DNA of 64,000 nucleotides from a virus: IMG/VR virus record IMGVR_UViG_3300012271_000010, positions 8,111 to 72,110 of that record. One strand, written 5' to 3'. Positions 6,206-14,388 of this stretch are shown here, piece after piece (the first letter of the stretch is position 1; every line of letters starts with the position of its first letter). The notes beneath the pieces are model-generated. The model was not told where the DNA came from. It ran no database searches and worked only from the letters and a program-made list of their open reading frames with translations. The position numbers and the translations under genes were made by a program.

Positions 6206-6279
6206 ATTCCAGAGCGTAGGTTGTGTCGACCGATCTCCAAAATCGTGTTGTGAGAGTTCGAATCTCTCCTGGTTTGCCA
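6206..6279 (+). tRNA. trnW: tRNA-Trp(CCA) with mismatched acceptor stem and reduced D arm
   Basis: CGAT-CTCCAAA-ATCG anticodon arm, GAGAG-TTCGAAT-CTCTC T arm, G73-CCA; ATTCCAG/CTGGTTT has U-U at pairs 2 and 3. Confidence 0.65.
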
Positions 6280-6282
6280 ATT

Positions 6283-6453
6283 ATGATAATATGTGTTTGC
6301 AATAATTTAAACGAGCAAGAAATCCAAACAGCAATTTCAGGCGGATGTAAAACAGCTTCAGAAGTTTGGGAATTTCATAAGTGCAGAGGAAGATGTACCA
6401 AGTGCGTTCCTGAAATCGAAGAAAGTATTGAAAATGAAAAAGATAGAACTTAA
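6283..6453 (+). CDS. bfd: bacterioferritin-associated ferredoxin (Bfd-like [2Fe-2S])
   Basis: MIICVCNN...CRGRCTKC (CxC ... CxxC) signature; start reassigned to ATG 6283 because the longer ORF overlaps tRNA-Trp. Confidence 0.8.
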   Translation: MIICVCNNLNEQEIQTAISGGCKTASEVWEFHKCRGRCTKCVPEIEESIENEKDRT

Positions 6454-6634
6454 ACTAGGTGAACTGGTCACAGCTTGTGGAAACGGAGCCGCCGCCAGCC
6501 GAAAATTTGGAATTTTGATTAAAGTAGTGGATGAAGAAGACGGCGACACTTGGTATGACGCAAATGTCTATTGGGTAGGTAAATATCCTCGTTTTGAGAG
6601 GGTGTGTCTCTCTTATCTAAGAAAAATAACTTGA
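6434..6634 (+). CDS. small SH3/KOW-like hypothetical protein
   Basis: LKLGELV...FGILIKV...VYW pattern. Confidence 0.55.
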   Translation: MKKIELKLGELVTACGNGAAASRKFGILIKVVDEEDGDTWYDANVYWVGKYPRFERVCLSYLRKIT

Positions 6635-6659
6635 CACCGTCAAATTAAACTGTTAGAAC
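6631..6659 (+). promoter_or_regulatory. sigma70-type promoter (TTGACA-17-TAGAAC, extended -10)
   Basis: near-duplicate of the promoter at 6881. Confidence 0.6.
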
Positions 6660-6673
6660 CAACTTATTAAAGT

Positions 6674-6898
6674 ATGAAATCATTATTTAAAAAAGGAGAT
6701 CTAGTAAAAATAAAAGAAAGTGTTGGCGGAAACGATACACTATTTAAAGGATTTGGCATAATAATAGATATAAAAAAATATCCTGACAGAAAAGGAACAA
6801 TGTTGATAATGAATAGAATTTATTTCTTAAAAACAGGACAAGAAGATATTTTTGGTGACGATGAAATCGATAAAAAATACTTGACACCGGCGAAATAA
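6674..6898 (+). CDS. small SH3/KOW-like hypothetical protein
   Basis: FKKGDLVKI...FGIIIDI pattern. Confidence 0.6.
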   Translation: MKSLFKKGDLVKIKESVGGNDTLFKGFGIIIDIKKYPDRKGTMLIMNRIYFLKTGQEDIFGDDEIDKKYLTPAK

Positions 6899-6909
6899 AC
6901 TGCTAGAGT
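6881..6909 (+). promoter_or_regulatory. sigma70-type promoter (TTGACA-17-TAGAGT, extended -10)
   Basis: TTGACA 6881-6886, TG, TAGAGT 6904-6909. Confidence 0.7.
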
Positions 6910-6934
6910 CTATTTATAAAAAGGAGGAGAGATC

Positions 6935-6997
6935 ATGTGTAAAGAAATGTTATTTGTTGAACAACTGGAAAGTGAACTTCTCCTTTTGCCCGTCTAG
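6935..6997 (+). CDS. 20-aa small ORF MCKEMLFVEQLESELLLLPV
   Basis: strong AAGGAGG RBS directly downstream of a promoter. Confidence 0.45.
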   Translation: MCKEMLFVEQLESELLLLPV

Positions 6998-7067
6998 GGT
7001 CAAACAAATAGAAAAATTGAATAGTTCGAGTCTAGATTGGATAAACCTTTCTTTGTAAAATTTATGT

Positions 7068-7146
7068 GTGGGTAAGGGCGATTTTGGTACGCCACTCCGT
7101 TTGGGGCGGAGAAATCTTGAGAGTTCGAACCTCTCTACCCGCACCA
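7068..7146 (+). tRNA. trnP: tRNA-Pro(TGG)
   Basis: GTGGGTA/TACCCGC acceptor, GGCG/CGCC D stem, CTCCG-TTTGGGG-CGGAG, GAGAG-TTCGAAC-CTCTC, ACCA. Confidence 0.88.
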
Positions 7147-7226
7147 TTGGCATCACTAAAGGGGCTGTGATTTAATAGAGGGGGCTAAAACCCTGAAGCC
7201 TTGTTTTTTGTTAAAGGTGTAGTTAC

Positions 7227-7505
7227 ATGTCAAATGTTAAAATTGAAGAATATAGAAAATTACTTGAAAAGGTCTCAAGAATACGCTCTCAACAAGGAGA
7301 GGTGACATCGTTGATCGAGCAAACTCTCGCCGCAGGAGCCATTGGCACCGCTACAAGTATGAAATACCATTGTTCGGATTTGGAAGATACAGAAGATTCA
7401 TATCTCGAACAAATGGATAAAGTTTGGTACTCAATGTCCGAAGAAGAAATTGAAGTTATAAAAAATCTTTTATCTAAAGAGAGAGAAAATGATAACGAAT
7501 CTTAA
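7227..7505 (+). CDS. hypothetical helical protein
   Basis: 92-aa ORF with AAGGTG RBS. Confidence 0.6.
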   Translation: MSNVKIEEYRKLLEKVSRIRSQQGEVTSLIEQTLAAGAIGTATSMKYHCSDLEDTEDSYLEQMDKVWYSMSEEEIEVIKNLLSKERENDNES

Positions 7506-7612
7506 TGTCCCACCAGAATTTTATCAATTGGCGCACCCACGACCCGCACTATGTTTGGAAACAAGGTGTTAGTTATGGAGGAAGTTCTTGCTGGATTCCA
7601 GCGATTAGATAA
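7505..7612 (+). CDS. 35-aa small protein MSHQNFINWRTHDPHYVWKQGVSYGGSSCWIPAIR
   Basis: TAATG coupling with the upstream stop; fills the gap before tRNA-Leu. Confidence 0.45.
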   Translation: MSHQNFINWRTHDPHYVWKQGVSYGGSSCWIPAIR

Positions 7613-7623
7613 AAAATAAGTTT

Positions 7624-7697
7624 GGCTGTGTATTCCAACTGGCAGAGAAGATCGACTTAGAATCGATACAGTGTGGGTTCGACTCCCACCACAGCTA
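7624..7697 (+). tRNA. trnL: tRNA-Leu(TAG), short variable loop, CCA not encoded
   Basis: GGCTGTG/CACAGCT acceptor, ATCGA-CTTAGAA-TCGAT, GTGGG-TTCGACT-CCCAC. Confidence 0.88.
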
Positions 7698-7699
7698 GG

Positions 7700-7878
7700 A
7701 ATGAAAAGTTAAAGTACCTGCATGCGGTTCATTCTGCACGACCCTTGATTTGGTCGACTAAATCTTTAACGATTAACCAGTATTTGTCTTTAGCTTTTTG
7801 ATTCATTTTAATTATCGAGGAGTGAGTTGCACTGGATACGTCAACGGTTATTGGCAAACGGTCTCTTACGGCTGTTAA
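7700..7878 (+). ncRNA. one or two putative structured RNAs between tRNA-Leu and the glycosylase gene
   Basis: AATGAA/TTCATT and AAAGTTAAAG/CTTTAGCTTT closing stems, GATTTGG-TCGA-CTAAATC hairpin; second domain GAGGAG/CTCTT with GTTG/CAAC. Confidence 0.4.
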
Positions 7879-7896
7879 AAAACAAAGAAATAAAAC

Positions 7897-8358
7897 ATGA
7901 ATATTTTTGTTCTAGATTCAGATCCTGTTAAGGCGGCAGAATATCAATGTGATAAACATGTCGTTAAGATGATTTTAGAAACTGCACAAATGCTGTGTAC
8001 TGCAATACATGAGACTGGTGGAAATGCACATTATAAATCAACACATCGAAATCACCCTTGTACGATATGGGCTAGAAAAAGCAAAGGAAACTTTGCATGG
8101 TTGAAAACCCACGGTTTAGCTTTGTGTAAAGAATATAATAAAAGATATGGGAAGGTTCACAAATCGCAAGCAGTGATAGAAGAATGTCTAGACCTAACTA
8201 TTCCAGATGGATGTAAGACTAACTTTGCTCTTGCAATGCCTGACTATTGTAAGGTTGATAACGTGGTCGATTCTTATAGGAACTACTATTTAAAAGAGAA
8301 ATCTAACATTGCAAAATGGAAACTAGGCAACAAGCCGGATTGGTTCTTAATCGAATAA
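7897..8358 (+). CDS. pyrimidine-dimer DNA glycosylase-like protein (DenV/Pyr_excise family)
   Basis: MNIFVLD..DKHVVKMILETAQML..HRNHPCTIWAR..YGKVHKS motifs. Confidence 0.8.
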   Translation: MNIFVLDSDPVKAAEYQCDKHVVKMILETAQMLCTAIHETGGNAHYKSTHRNHPCTIWARKSKGNFAWLKTHGLALCKEYNKRYGKVHKSQAVIEECLDLTIPDGCKTNFALAMPDYCKVDNVVDSYRNYYLKEKSNIAKWKLGNKPDWFLIE

Positions 8359-8362
8359 AATA

Positions 8363-8758
8363 TTGATTAAAACTTTGTCACATTTAATAAGCGAGCATCC
8401 ACAGTTCAGTTTCGAACCAGGGATGCTCGTTTTATTTCACAATACTTTAGAAAAGACGATAAAGTTACGGATTAAGAGCCACGACCAGGCACGACTTTGG
8501 AAGTTGGCAGATGAGCACCTACAACCTGTGCTCGATGATTACAGTACAGCTGGAGTCCTCTTACACATACTTCAGACGACGATCGGAGAAGGCTGTGAGA
8601 TTGAACTGGAACGTAAAGTTTGGTTTTTCACTCCAACGTGGTCGATCAAAATAAAGAGATATTTTATAAAAGAAGAGGACAGTATACTAGGAAATGTTCT
8701 AGCGACTGTCCTCTTGAAGTTGTGGGATGAAAGAAAGTTAGAAAGAAGCAACTCCTAA
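8363..8758 (+). CDS. hypothetical protein
   Basis: 131-aa ORF with TTG start, converging on the protease gene. Confidence 0.55.
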   Translation: MIKTLSHLISEHPQFSFEPGMLVLFHNTLEKTIKLRIKSHDQARLWKLADEHLQPVLDDYSTAGVLLHILQTTIGEGCEIELERKVWFFTPTWSIKIKRYFIKEEDSILGNVLATVLLKLWDERKLERSNS

Positions 8759-9424
8759 TAAGAATTTGTGAATTTCTTCTAATGGAACCATCATACCGAT
8801 GTTTTCTAAGTCTGGTGAAGCTCTTGAAGTAATTCCGATCACTTCCCAGTCTTTATTGAAAATAGGAGAACCTGAACTTCCTCCTTTGGTTGGTATAGTG
8901 TACAAATCAAATTCAAAATCAAGTGCTGGATGAAGAAATCTTCCTGAATAATATCCTTCAAATTGGAGAACCATGTTTTTACCATGAATTCCCAAAGGAG
9001 CAGATAAGTTGTAAGCTTTGTCGCCTGGTTTGACCATCTCTTTGGCAATGAAACTAAAGTCCCGCCCGATGCGGTTTCTAGATTCAAAAACGCACAAATC
9101 CGTTACTTTTGGATCAGATACCTTTAATATGTCAATTTCGTAAACTTGTTGTTCTAAATCGATAGCGAAAGATTTACGGGTGTTGTCATCACAAACATGT
9201 CCAGCTGATAAAATTAAAGTTTTCTCAGCAGAATGATGTATGATTACTCCTGAAGCAGATCCAATTTCAACTTCTTCTTTTTGGAAAACAAGCTTGACAA
9301 AAGAGTCCCGTGCTGCTATAATAGGAGTTATATTGCTGTTAGAGGTTTGTATAGAAGCACAAGACAGAGGGTTCATTAAGAACAAAAAACCGAATGTTAG
9401 TGCAAAGAATTTTAAGACTTTCAT
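8738..9424 (-). CDS. exported/lipoprotein trypsin-like (S1) serine protease
   Basis: SAGHVC, TDLC, GGSSGSP catalytic triad; likely start MKVLKFF.. with hydrophobic leader and PLSC lipobox. Confidence 0.85.
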   Translation of the reverse strand: MKVLKFFALTFGFLFLMNPLSCASIQTSNSNITPIIAARDSFVKLVFQKEEVEIGSASGVIIHHSAEKTLILSAGHVCDDNTRKSFAIDLEQQVYEIDILKVSDPKVTDLCVFESRNRIGRDFSFIAKEMVKPGDKAYNLSAPLGIHGKNMVLQFEGYYSGRFLHPALDFEFDLYTIPTKGGSSGSPIFNKDWEVIGITSRASPDLENIGMMVPLEEIHKFLLGVASF

Positions 9425-9488
9425 ATAAGTAACTATGGACCTACTGGTGCGAATCGCCAACGGTCCCATTTAATAATAAGGTAGGTAA

Positions 9489-10862
9489 ATGGCTAAAAAA
9501 AATATATATGTGCTAGACACGAACGTGTACTTGACAAACGCTAAAGCAATTTATGATTATGGAATTCATGATATTGTAGTCCCTATGAAAGTTCTTGAAG
9601 AAATCGACAAACATAAAAATAGACAAGACTCGGTTGGCTCGCAAGCGAGAAGCACGATTAGAACTTTAGATTCTTTGAGAGAACGCGGAAATCTGAAAGC
9701 AGGTGTCCGAATTGCTAAAGGACGCGGTATTTGTCGTGTTGCAGAATCTGATACTTCACTTCTTCCTGTTGATTTGAGCCCTGACGTACCAGATAATATG
9801 ATTCTTTCAACCGCTCTGTCGGTACAGAAAGAAGAAGATGCAGTCTCATTGAGGCTGTCAGCCTCAAATTTTGAAGCAACCGGCGCGAAGAAAACAAAAA
9901 AGAAAGTAATTCTTGTCACTCGTGATATCAATATGAGAGTTATTTGTGATGCTATTGGATTTCCAGTAGAAACTTATGAGCCAGAAAGTGCTGTCGAAGA
10001 CAGTGATCTTCTATATTCAGGATATTCGGAAGTCCTAGTCGATGATGAATTTATTGATCGCTTTTATCAAGGCAGTGTCTCCGAATTACCAGAAGGTACT
10101 TTGAAACACGCTCCTCAACCAAATGAATTCTTGATGCTGGTCGCAAAAGGTAATGATAAAAAGACTGCTTTGGCTAGATACAAACACGGTGGTGATATTG
10201 TTCGGGTTGGCGATAGAAATGAACTGTTTGGTATTAGATCTCGTAACCGCGAACAATCTTTTGCTTTAGACCTTTTGGTTGATGATAATATTAAAATAAT
10301 TACTCTTGTTGGAAAAGCAGGATCTGGCAAGACACTTTGTGCGATTGCAGCTGGATTGAGTCAATCTCTTGAAAAAGATACTCCATATAAAAAACTTATT
10401 GTCTCTAGACCAATTCAGCCAATGGGAAAAGATATTGGATATTTGCCAGGTGATATCAACGAAAAGATGCTTCCTTGGTTAGCTCCAATCCAAGACAATT
10501 TACAATTTCTTCTCGGTGACGATAAAGAAATGTTAGCGGAGTACATTGAAAAAGGCAAAATTGAGCTTGAAGCTTTGACTTATATTCGTGGTCGCTCAAT
10601 TTCTAACGCTTTCATCATCATTGATGAAGCTCAAAATTTGACCATTCACGAACTGAAGACAATTATCACCCGTGTCGGTGAAAATACGAAAATCGTCCTC
10701 ACGGGTGATATCGAACAAATCGACAATGCGTTTGTCAACGATGTTACAAACGGACTTACGCATGCCGTCGAAAAATTCAAGTTTTCAGACCTAGCTGGTC
10801 ATGTAAGTTTGATCAAGGGCGAAAGGTCAAAAGTTGCCACACTTGCGGCTGCTTGCCTATAA
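9489..10862 (+). CDS. phoH: PIN-domain + PhoH ATPase (PhoH2/YlaK-like)
   Basis: VLDTNV PIN start, TRDINMR, GKAGSGKT Walker A, GYLPG, YIRGRS, IIDEAQN, GDIEQID. Confidence 0.95.
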   Translation: MAKKNIYVLDTNVYLTNAKAIYDYGIHDIVVPMKVLEEIDKHKNRQDSVGSQARSTIRTLDSLRERGNLKAGVRIAKGRGICRVAESDTSLLPVDLSPDVPDNMILSTALSVQKEEDAVSLRLSASNFEATGAKKTKKKVILVTRDINMRVICDAIGFPVETYEPESAVEDSDLLYSGYSEVLVDDEFIDRFYQGSVSELPEGTLKHAPQPNEFLMLVAKGNDKKTALARYKHGGDIVRVGDRNELFGIRSRNREQSFALDLLVDDNIKIITLVGKAGSGKTLCAIAAGLSQSLEKDTPYKKLIVSRPIQPMGKDIGYLPGDINEKMLPWLAPIQDNLQFLLGDDKEMLAEYIEKGKIELEALTYIRGRSISNAFIIIDEAQNLTIHELKTIITRVGENTKIVLTGDIEQIDNAFVNDVTNGLTHAVEKFKFSDLAGHVSLIKGERSKVATLAAACL

Positions 10863-10890
10863 CAAAAACAACAAATAAAAAGGAAAAAAA

Positions 10891-11235
10891 ATGACTGATA
10901 AAGAAGAAGCACCAACCGAAAGTGTAAAATCTCTAGAACAACTCGAACAGGAAGCTCGTGAAGAAGTTCAAGCCGCTGTCGTACCAGATAATCCACTAAG
11001 AACTTTGTTTGTAGAATATGTTGGAGATAACTACTCTCTAGAGGGTAGCAACGAAGTTACTATTGAGATGTGTATTCTGGCATTGGCGCAAGAGTTCCCA
11101 GAGTTTTTATCGCCCTTGTGTGAACAAAATTTTATGCTTGGATACAAACAAGCCGAAAATGATCTCATGAAGCTGCTTCAAGAACAAAGGACTGAAGAAG
11201 TTCCTGAGCAGGCGGAAGAGTCTAATGACGACTGA
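10891..11235 (+). CDS. acidic hypothetical protein
   Basis: 114-aa ORF, AAGGA RBS. Confidence 0.65.
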   Translation: MTDKEEAPTESVKSLEQLEQEAREEVQAAVVPDNPLRTLFVEYVGDNYSLEGSNEVTIEMCILALAQEFPEFLSPLCEQNFMLGYKQAENDLMKLLQEQRTEEVPEQAEESNDD

Positions 11236-11899
11236 CGGGGTACATGATTACATTCGTCAAACAGCGAATGGATTGCAACAAGATCAATTGTTCAATAGGA
11301 TTGTCGTCTATCGACAAAATCCACTCCCCCAGGATGTAGATTTAAAATCTGTTTTAAAAAAGATTGAAGAAAAAATCCCTCAATTTTTATTTAACGATAT
11401 TGATTCTATTTTTATTGGACAATTTTCTTTTTTAAAAGAAAAAGAAGTTAGTGCCATCTACGAAGATGGGGCAATATATCTCACGAATGAGCAAGAATCT
11501 GAAGATGATTTCTACTCAGATATAACACATGAACTTGCGCATGCCGTCGAAGAAACTTATCCATTAGAAATATATGGCGACCGAATAATTGAACAGGAAT
11601 TCCTGGCAAAAAGAAGAAGTATGTCAGAGATTCTAAACGCTCATGGCTACAATAAATTCGGCGTCGAAAAGTATTTTCAGACAGAATATTCAATTGATTT
11701 CGATCTTTATCTTTATGAAGAAGTTGGGTATCCTATTTTGCATACTCTTTTAGAAGGGCTATTTGTTTCGCCCTACGGAGCAACTTCCTTAAGAGAATAT
11801 TTTGCTAATTCCTTTGAAGAGTTTTATTCAGGAGATGTCTTTTATGTTAAATCTATCTCTCCAGCTGTGTATAAAAAGATAGTAGATATTCAATCTTGA
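11225..11899 (+). CDS. HExxH zincin-like protein
   Basis: ITHELAHAVE and YGATSLREYFANSFE motifs. Confidence 0.7.
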   Translation: MTTDGVHDYIRQTANGLQQDQLFNRIVVYRQNPLPQDVDLKSVLKKIEEKIPQFLFNDIDSIFIGQFSFLKEKEVSAIYEDGAIYLTNEQESEDDFYSDITHELAHAVEETYPLEIYGDRIIEQEFLAKRRSMSEILNAHGYNKFGVEKYFQTEYSIDFDLYLYEEVGYPILHTLLEGLFVSPYGATSLREYFANSFEEFYSGDVFYVKSISPAVYKKIVDIQS

Positions 11900-11910
11900 G
11901 GAGTGAAGAA

Positions 11911-12258
11911 ATGGAAAATTGTAAAGTAAAAATTGATAAGGATAAAGGTCATGTTAGTGTTTATCTGAGTCTTCCTCTTTGGAAGCCAGGTTCTCCAAAG
12001 GTTCGTTATTATGAAAGTTGGGCAAGACAACAAGTTGAAGATAAGTTCCCAAATATTAAACTTGGGAAAACTATTATTCCTTGTGTAATGAAGAGTCAAG
12101 GACCGGTCACAGAAGGAACTTGGGTTTTTGAATTGATACAGAAGGCTCAAGTAAAGAAGATTTCCACGAAGAAGAAAACTAAAATAAAAGAGAAGGTAAA
12201 TGTCGAAACCCTTGAAACAGATCAAAGAACCGTTACAGATAAAGACGAAACAATATGA
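11911..12258 (+). CDS. hypothetical protein with basic C-terminus
   Basis: GAGGAG RBS before ATG 11911. Confidence 0.55.
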   Translation: MENCKVKIDKDKGHVSVYLSLPLWKPGSPKVRYYESWARQQVEDKFPNIKLGKTIIPCVMKSQGPVTEGTWVFELIQKAQVKKISTKKKTKIKEKVNVETLETDQRTVTDKDETI

Positions 12259-13093
12259 AGAAGAACAAGGATATTATCTCTCATGGTCTAGTACAAAAAA
12301 CTGGGTTGATTGCGCTCATTATTTTAAACTAACAAAAATTGATAATGTTCCTGGTTTCGAGGGTAATCTGCATACAGCCTTCGGAAACGGCGTGCATTGG
12401 ACTGTAGAGACTCAACTTAATCCACTTCGAATTGAAGAGCTGGACTTAAGTGATACTTTTACTGAGAAGTTTGAACTCGCTATATCAGAATTACCTAATT
12501 CAGAAAAAGAAAAAATAGAGTTAGAGAGGGAAAAATTAGTTGCCAACCCTGATAAATCTAGTTTAGAAAAAGAGATGAGAGAACAAGGTCGTGAGCTGGT
12601 ACATTTTTTGGTGCCCGCTCTCGACAAATTTTTTGGTCTTTGGGAACTCGTAGGTATTGAAGAAAGATTTTACGAAAAGTGTGATTTTTATGAATTATCA
12701 AATTTTTTCTTCAAAGGGTATATTGACATTATTATAAAAACTTCTGATGGCAAGTATCACATTATAGACTGGAAAACTTGCAGTTGGGGATGGAAAGCTG
12801 AAAAGAAAACTGAACCAATGACAACATATCAGTTGACTTTGTACAAATATTTCTTCTGTAAAAAGTATGAGATTAACCCAAAAGATGTAGAAACATATTT
12901 CGCCCTTTGCAAGAGAACGAATAAAACAGATAAGAGAGTCGAGATCTTCAAAGTGACCAGCGGAACCAAAAAAACTTCTAATGCGCTTAACTTGTTGCGT
13001 AAGGCAGTATATAATGTTGATCATAGCTTTCATATGAAAAATCGTTTGAGTTGCCATCGCTGTCAATTTAGACACACGAAGCATTGCACCTAG
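12200..13093 (+). CDS. PD-(D/E)xK exonuclease, Cas4/RecB-like
   Basis: FGNGVH, IEE, GYIDII..IIDWKT, YQLTLY; N-terminal Cys and C-terminal CHRC..C cluster. Confidence 0.88.
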   Translation: MSKPLKQIKEPLQIKTKQYEEEQGYYLSWSSTKNWVDCAHYFKLTKIDNVPGFEGNLHTAFGNGVHWTVETQLNPLRIEELDLSDTFTEKFELAISELPNSEKEKIELEREKLVANPDKSSLEKEMREQGRELVHFLVPALDKFFGLWELVGIEERFYEKCDFYELSNFFFKGYIDIIIKTSDGKYHIIDWKTCSWGWKAEKKTEPMTTYQLTLYKYFFCKKYEINPKDVETYFALCKRTNKTDKRVEIFKVTSGTKKTSNALNLLRKAVYNVDHSFHMKNRLSCHRCQFRHTKHCT

Positions 13094-13101
13094 GATAAAA
13101 C

Positions 13102-14388
13102 ATGACAGAAGAAAAAAAGATTAAAATCTTAACCATTAGTGACCATCCAATGTCTCCTTCTGGCGTTGGTACTCAAGCTAGATACATGATTGAATATTTG
13201 CTTTCAACAGGCAAATATCAATTTGTTTCAATCGCTGGAGCTGTAAAACATCATGACTATCGTCCACAAAAAACTGAACAATGGAAAGATGATTGGATTA
13301 TTTTTCCAGTAGATGGTTATGGTAACCAGGATATGATTCGTTCTATTCTTTTAGCACAAAAACCTGACGTTCTTTGGTTTATGACTGATCCACGCTTTTA
13401 TGGTTGGTTATGGGAAATCGAAGACGAAATTCGACCTTTTGTGCCAATGGTTTATTATCATGTGTGGGACAACTATCCTCTTCCGAAATTTAACAAATCT
13501 TATTATGACTCAAATGATGCAGTGATTACAATTTCAAAGTTGACTGATAATTGTGTTCGGGGTGTTTCCCCTGAAGTGAATTGTATTCACCTTCCACACT
13601 CGGTCGACACCGAGGTCTTTAAGAAACAACCCTCTGAAGTGGTCGAAAATTTTAGGTTACAAGCATTTCCTCAAGAAAAAGATGGTTCACCATTTATTTT
13701 TCTTTGGAATAGTAGAAATGCCCGTCGTAAGCAATCTGGTACACTGATTTTTTGGTTTAAGGAGTTCCTTGATTCCGTAGGAAGAGATAAAGCCCGTCTT
13801 ATCATGCACACTGATCCTAAAGACGTTCATGGTCAAGACCTGGAAGCTATTATTCGAGAATTAGGTCTCACTAACAGCGAAGTGATGTTCTCGCGAAATA
13901 AATTACCTCCTGGAGAACTAGCAAATCTTTACAACATCGCCGATTGCACAATGAGCATATCAGATGCTGAAGGTTTTGGTCTTTCAACATTAGAATCTAT
14001 TTCTTGCGAAACTCCTATCATCGTGAATATGACTGGCGGACTACAAGAACAAGTTACAGATGGAGAAAATTGGTTTGGCATTGGAATTGAGCCTGCTTCA
14101 AAATCGATTATTGGTTCTCAGGAAGTTCCATATATTTACGAAGATCGAATGGCAAAACAAGATTGTATCGCAGCGATGACTAAAATGTACGAAATGAGTA
14201 AAGAAGAAAGAGAAACTCTCGGTACTGCCGGTAGAAATCATGTTTTGAAAAATTACAACTTTAGAGACATGATTGAGGGTTGGGATAAAATTTTCACCGA
14301 CTTACACAATGAAAGTGGTTCATGGGATACTCGTAAAAACTACAAACGATGGACTCTAGAAGAAATGAACGTGGGAGAAACACAATGA
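13102..14388 (+). CDS. glycosyltransferase, GT-B/GT4-like
   Basis: SDHPMSPSGVG, RNARRK, AEGFGLSTLES, TGGLQEQV motifs. Confidence 0.9.
   Translation: MTEEKKIKILTISDHPMSPSGVGTQARYMIEYLLSTGKYQFVSIAGAVKHHDYRPQKTEQWKDDWIIFPVDGYGNQDMIRSILLAQKPDVLWFMTDPRFYGWLWEIEDEIRPFVPMVYYHVWDNYPLPKFNKSYYDSNDAVITISKLTDNCVRGVSPEVNCIHLPHSVDTEVFKKQPSEVVENFRLQAFPQEKDGSPFIFLWNSRNARRKQSGTLIFWFKEFLDSVGRDKARLIMHTDPKDVHGQDLEAIIRELGLTNSEVMFSRNKLPPGELANLYNIADCTMSISDAEGFGLSTLESISCETPIIVNMTGGLQEQVTDGENWFGIGIEPASKSIIGSQEVPYIYEDRMAKQDCIAAMTKMYEMSKEERETLGTAGRNHVLKNYNFRDMIEGWDKIFTDLHNESGSWDTRKNYKRWTLEEMNVGETQ

Noticed and set aside
7150-7210. GGGGCT repeat with small hairpins as a riboswitch
   Set aside because: Too short and no recognisable aptamer consensus; may be only a terminator-like element
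12200-13093. Cas4-like nuclease as part of a CRISPR-Cas system
   Set aside because: No repeat-spacer array or other cas genes seen in the window; solo Cas4-like exonucleases are common in phages
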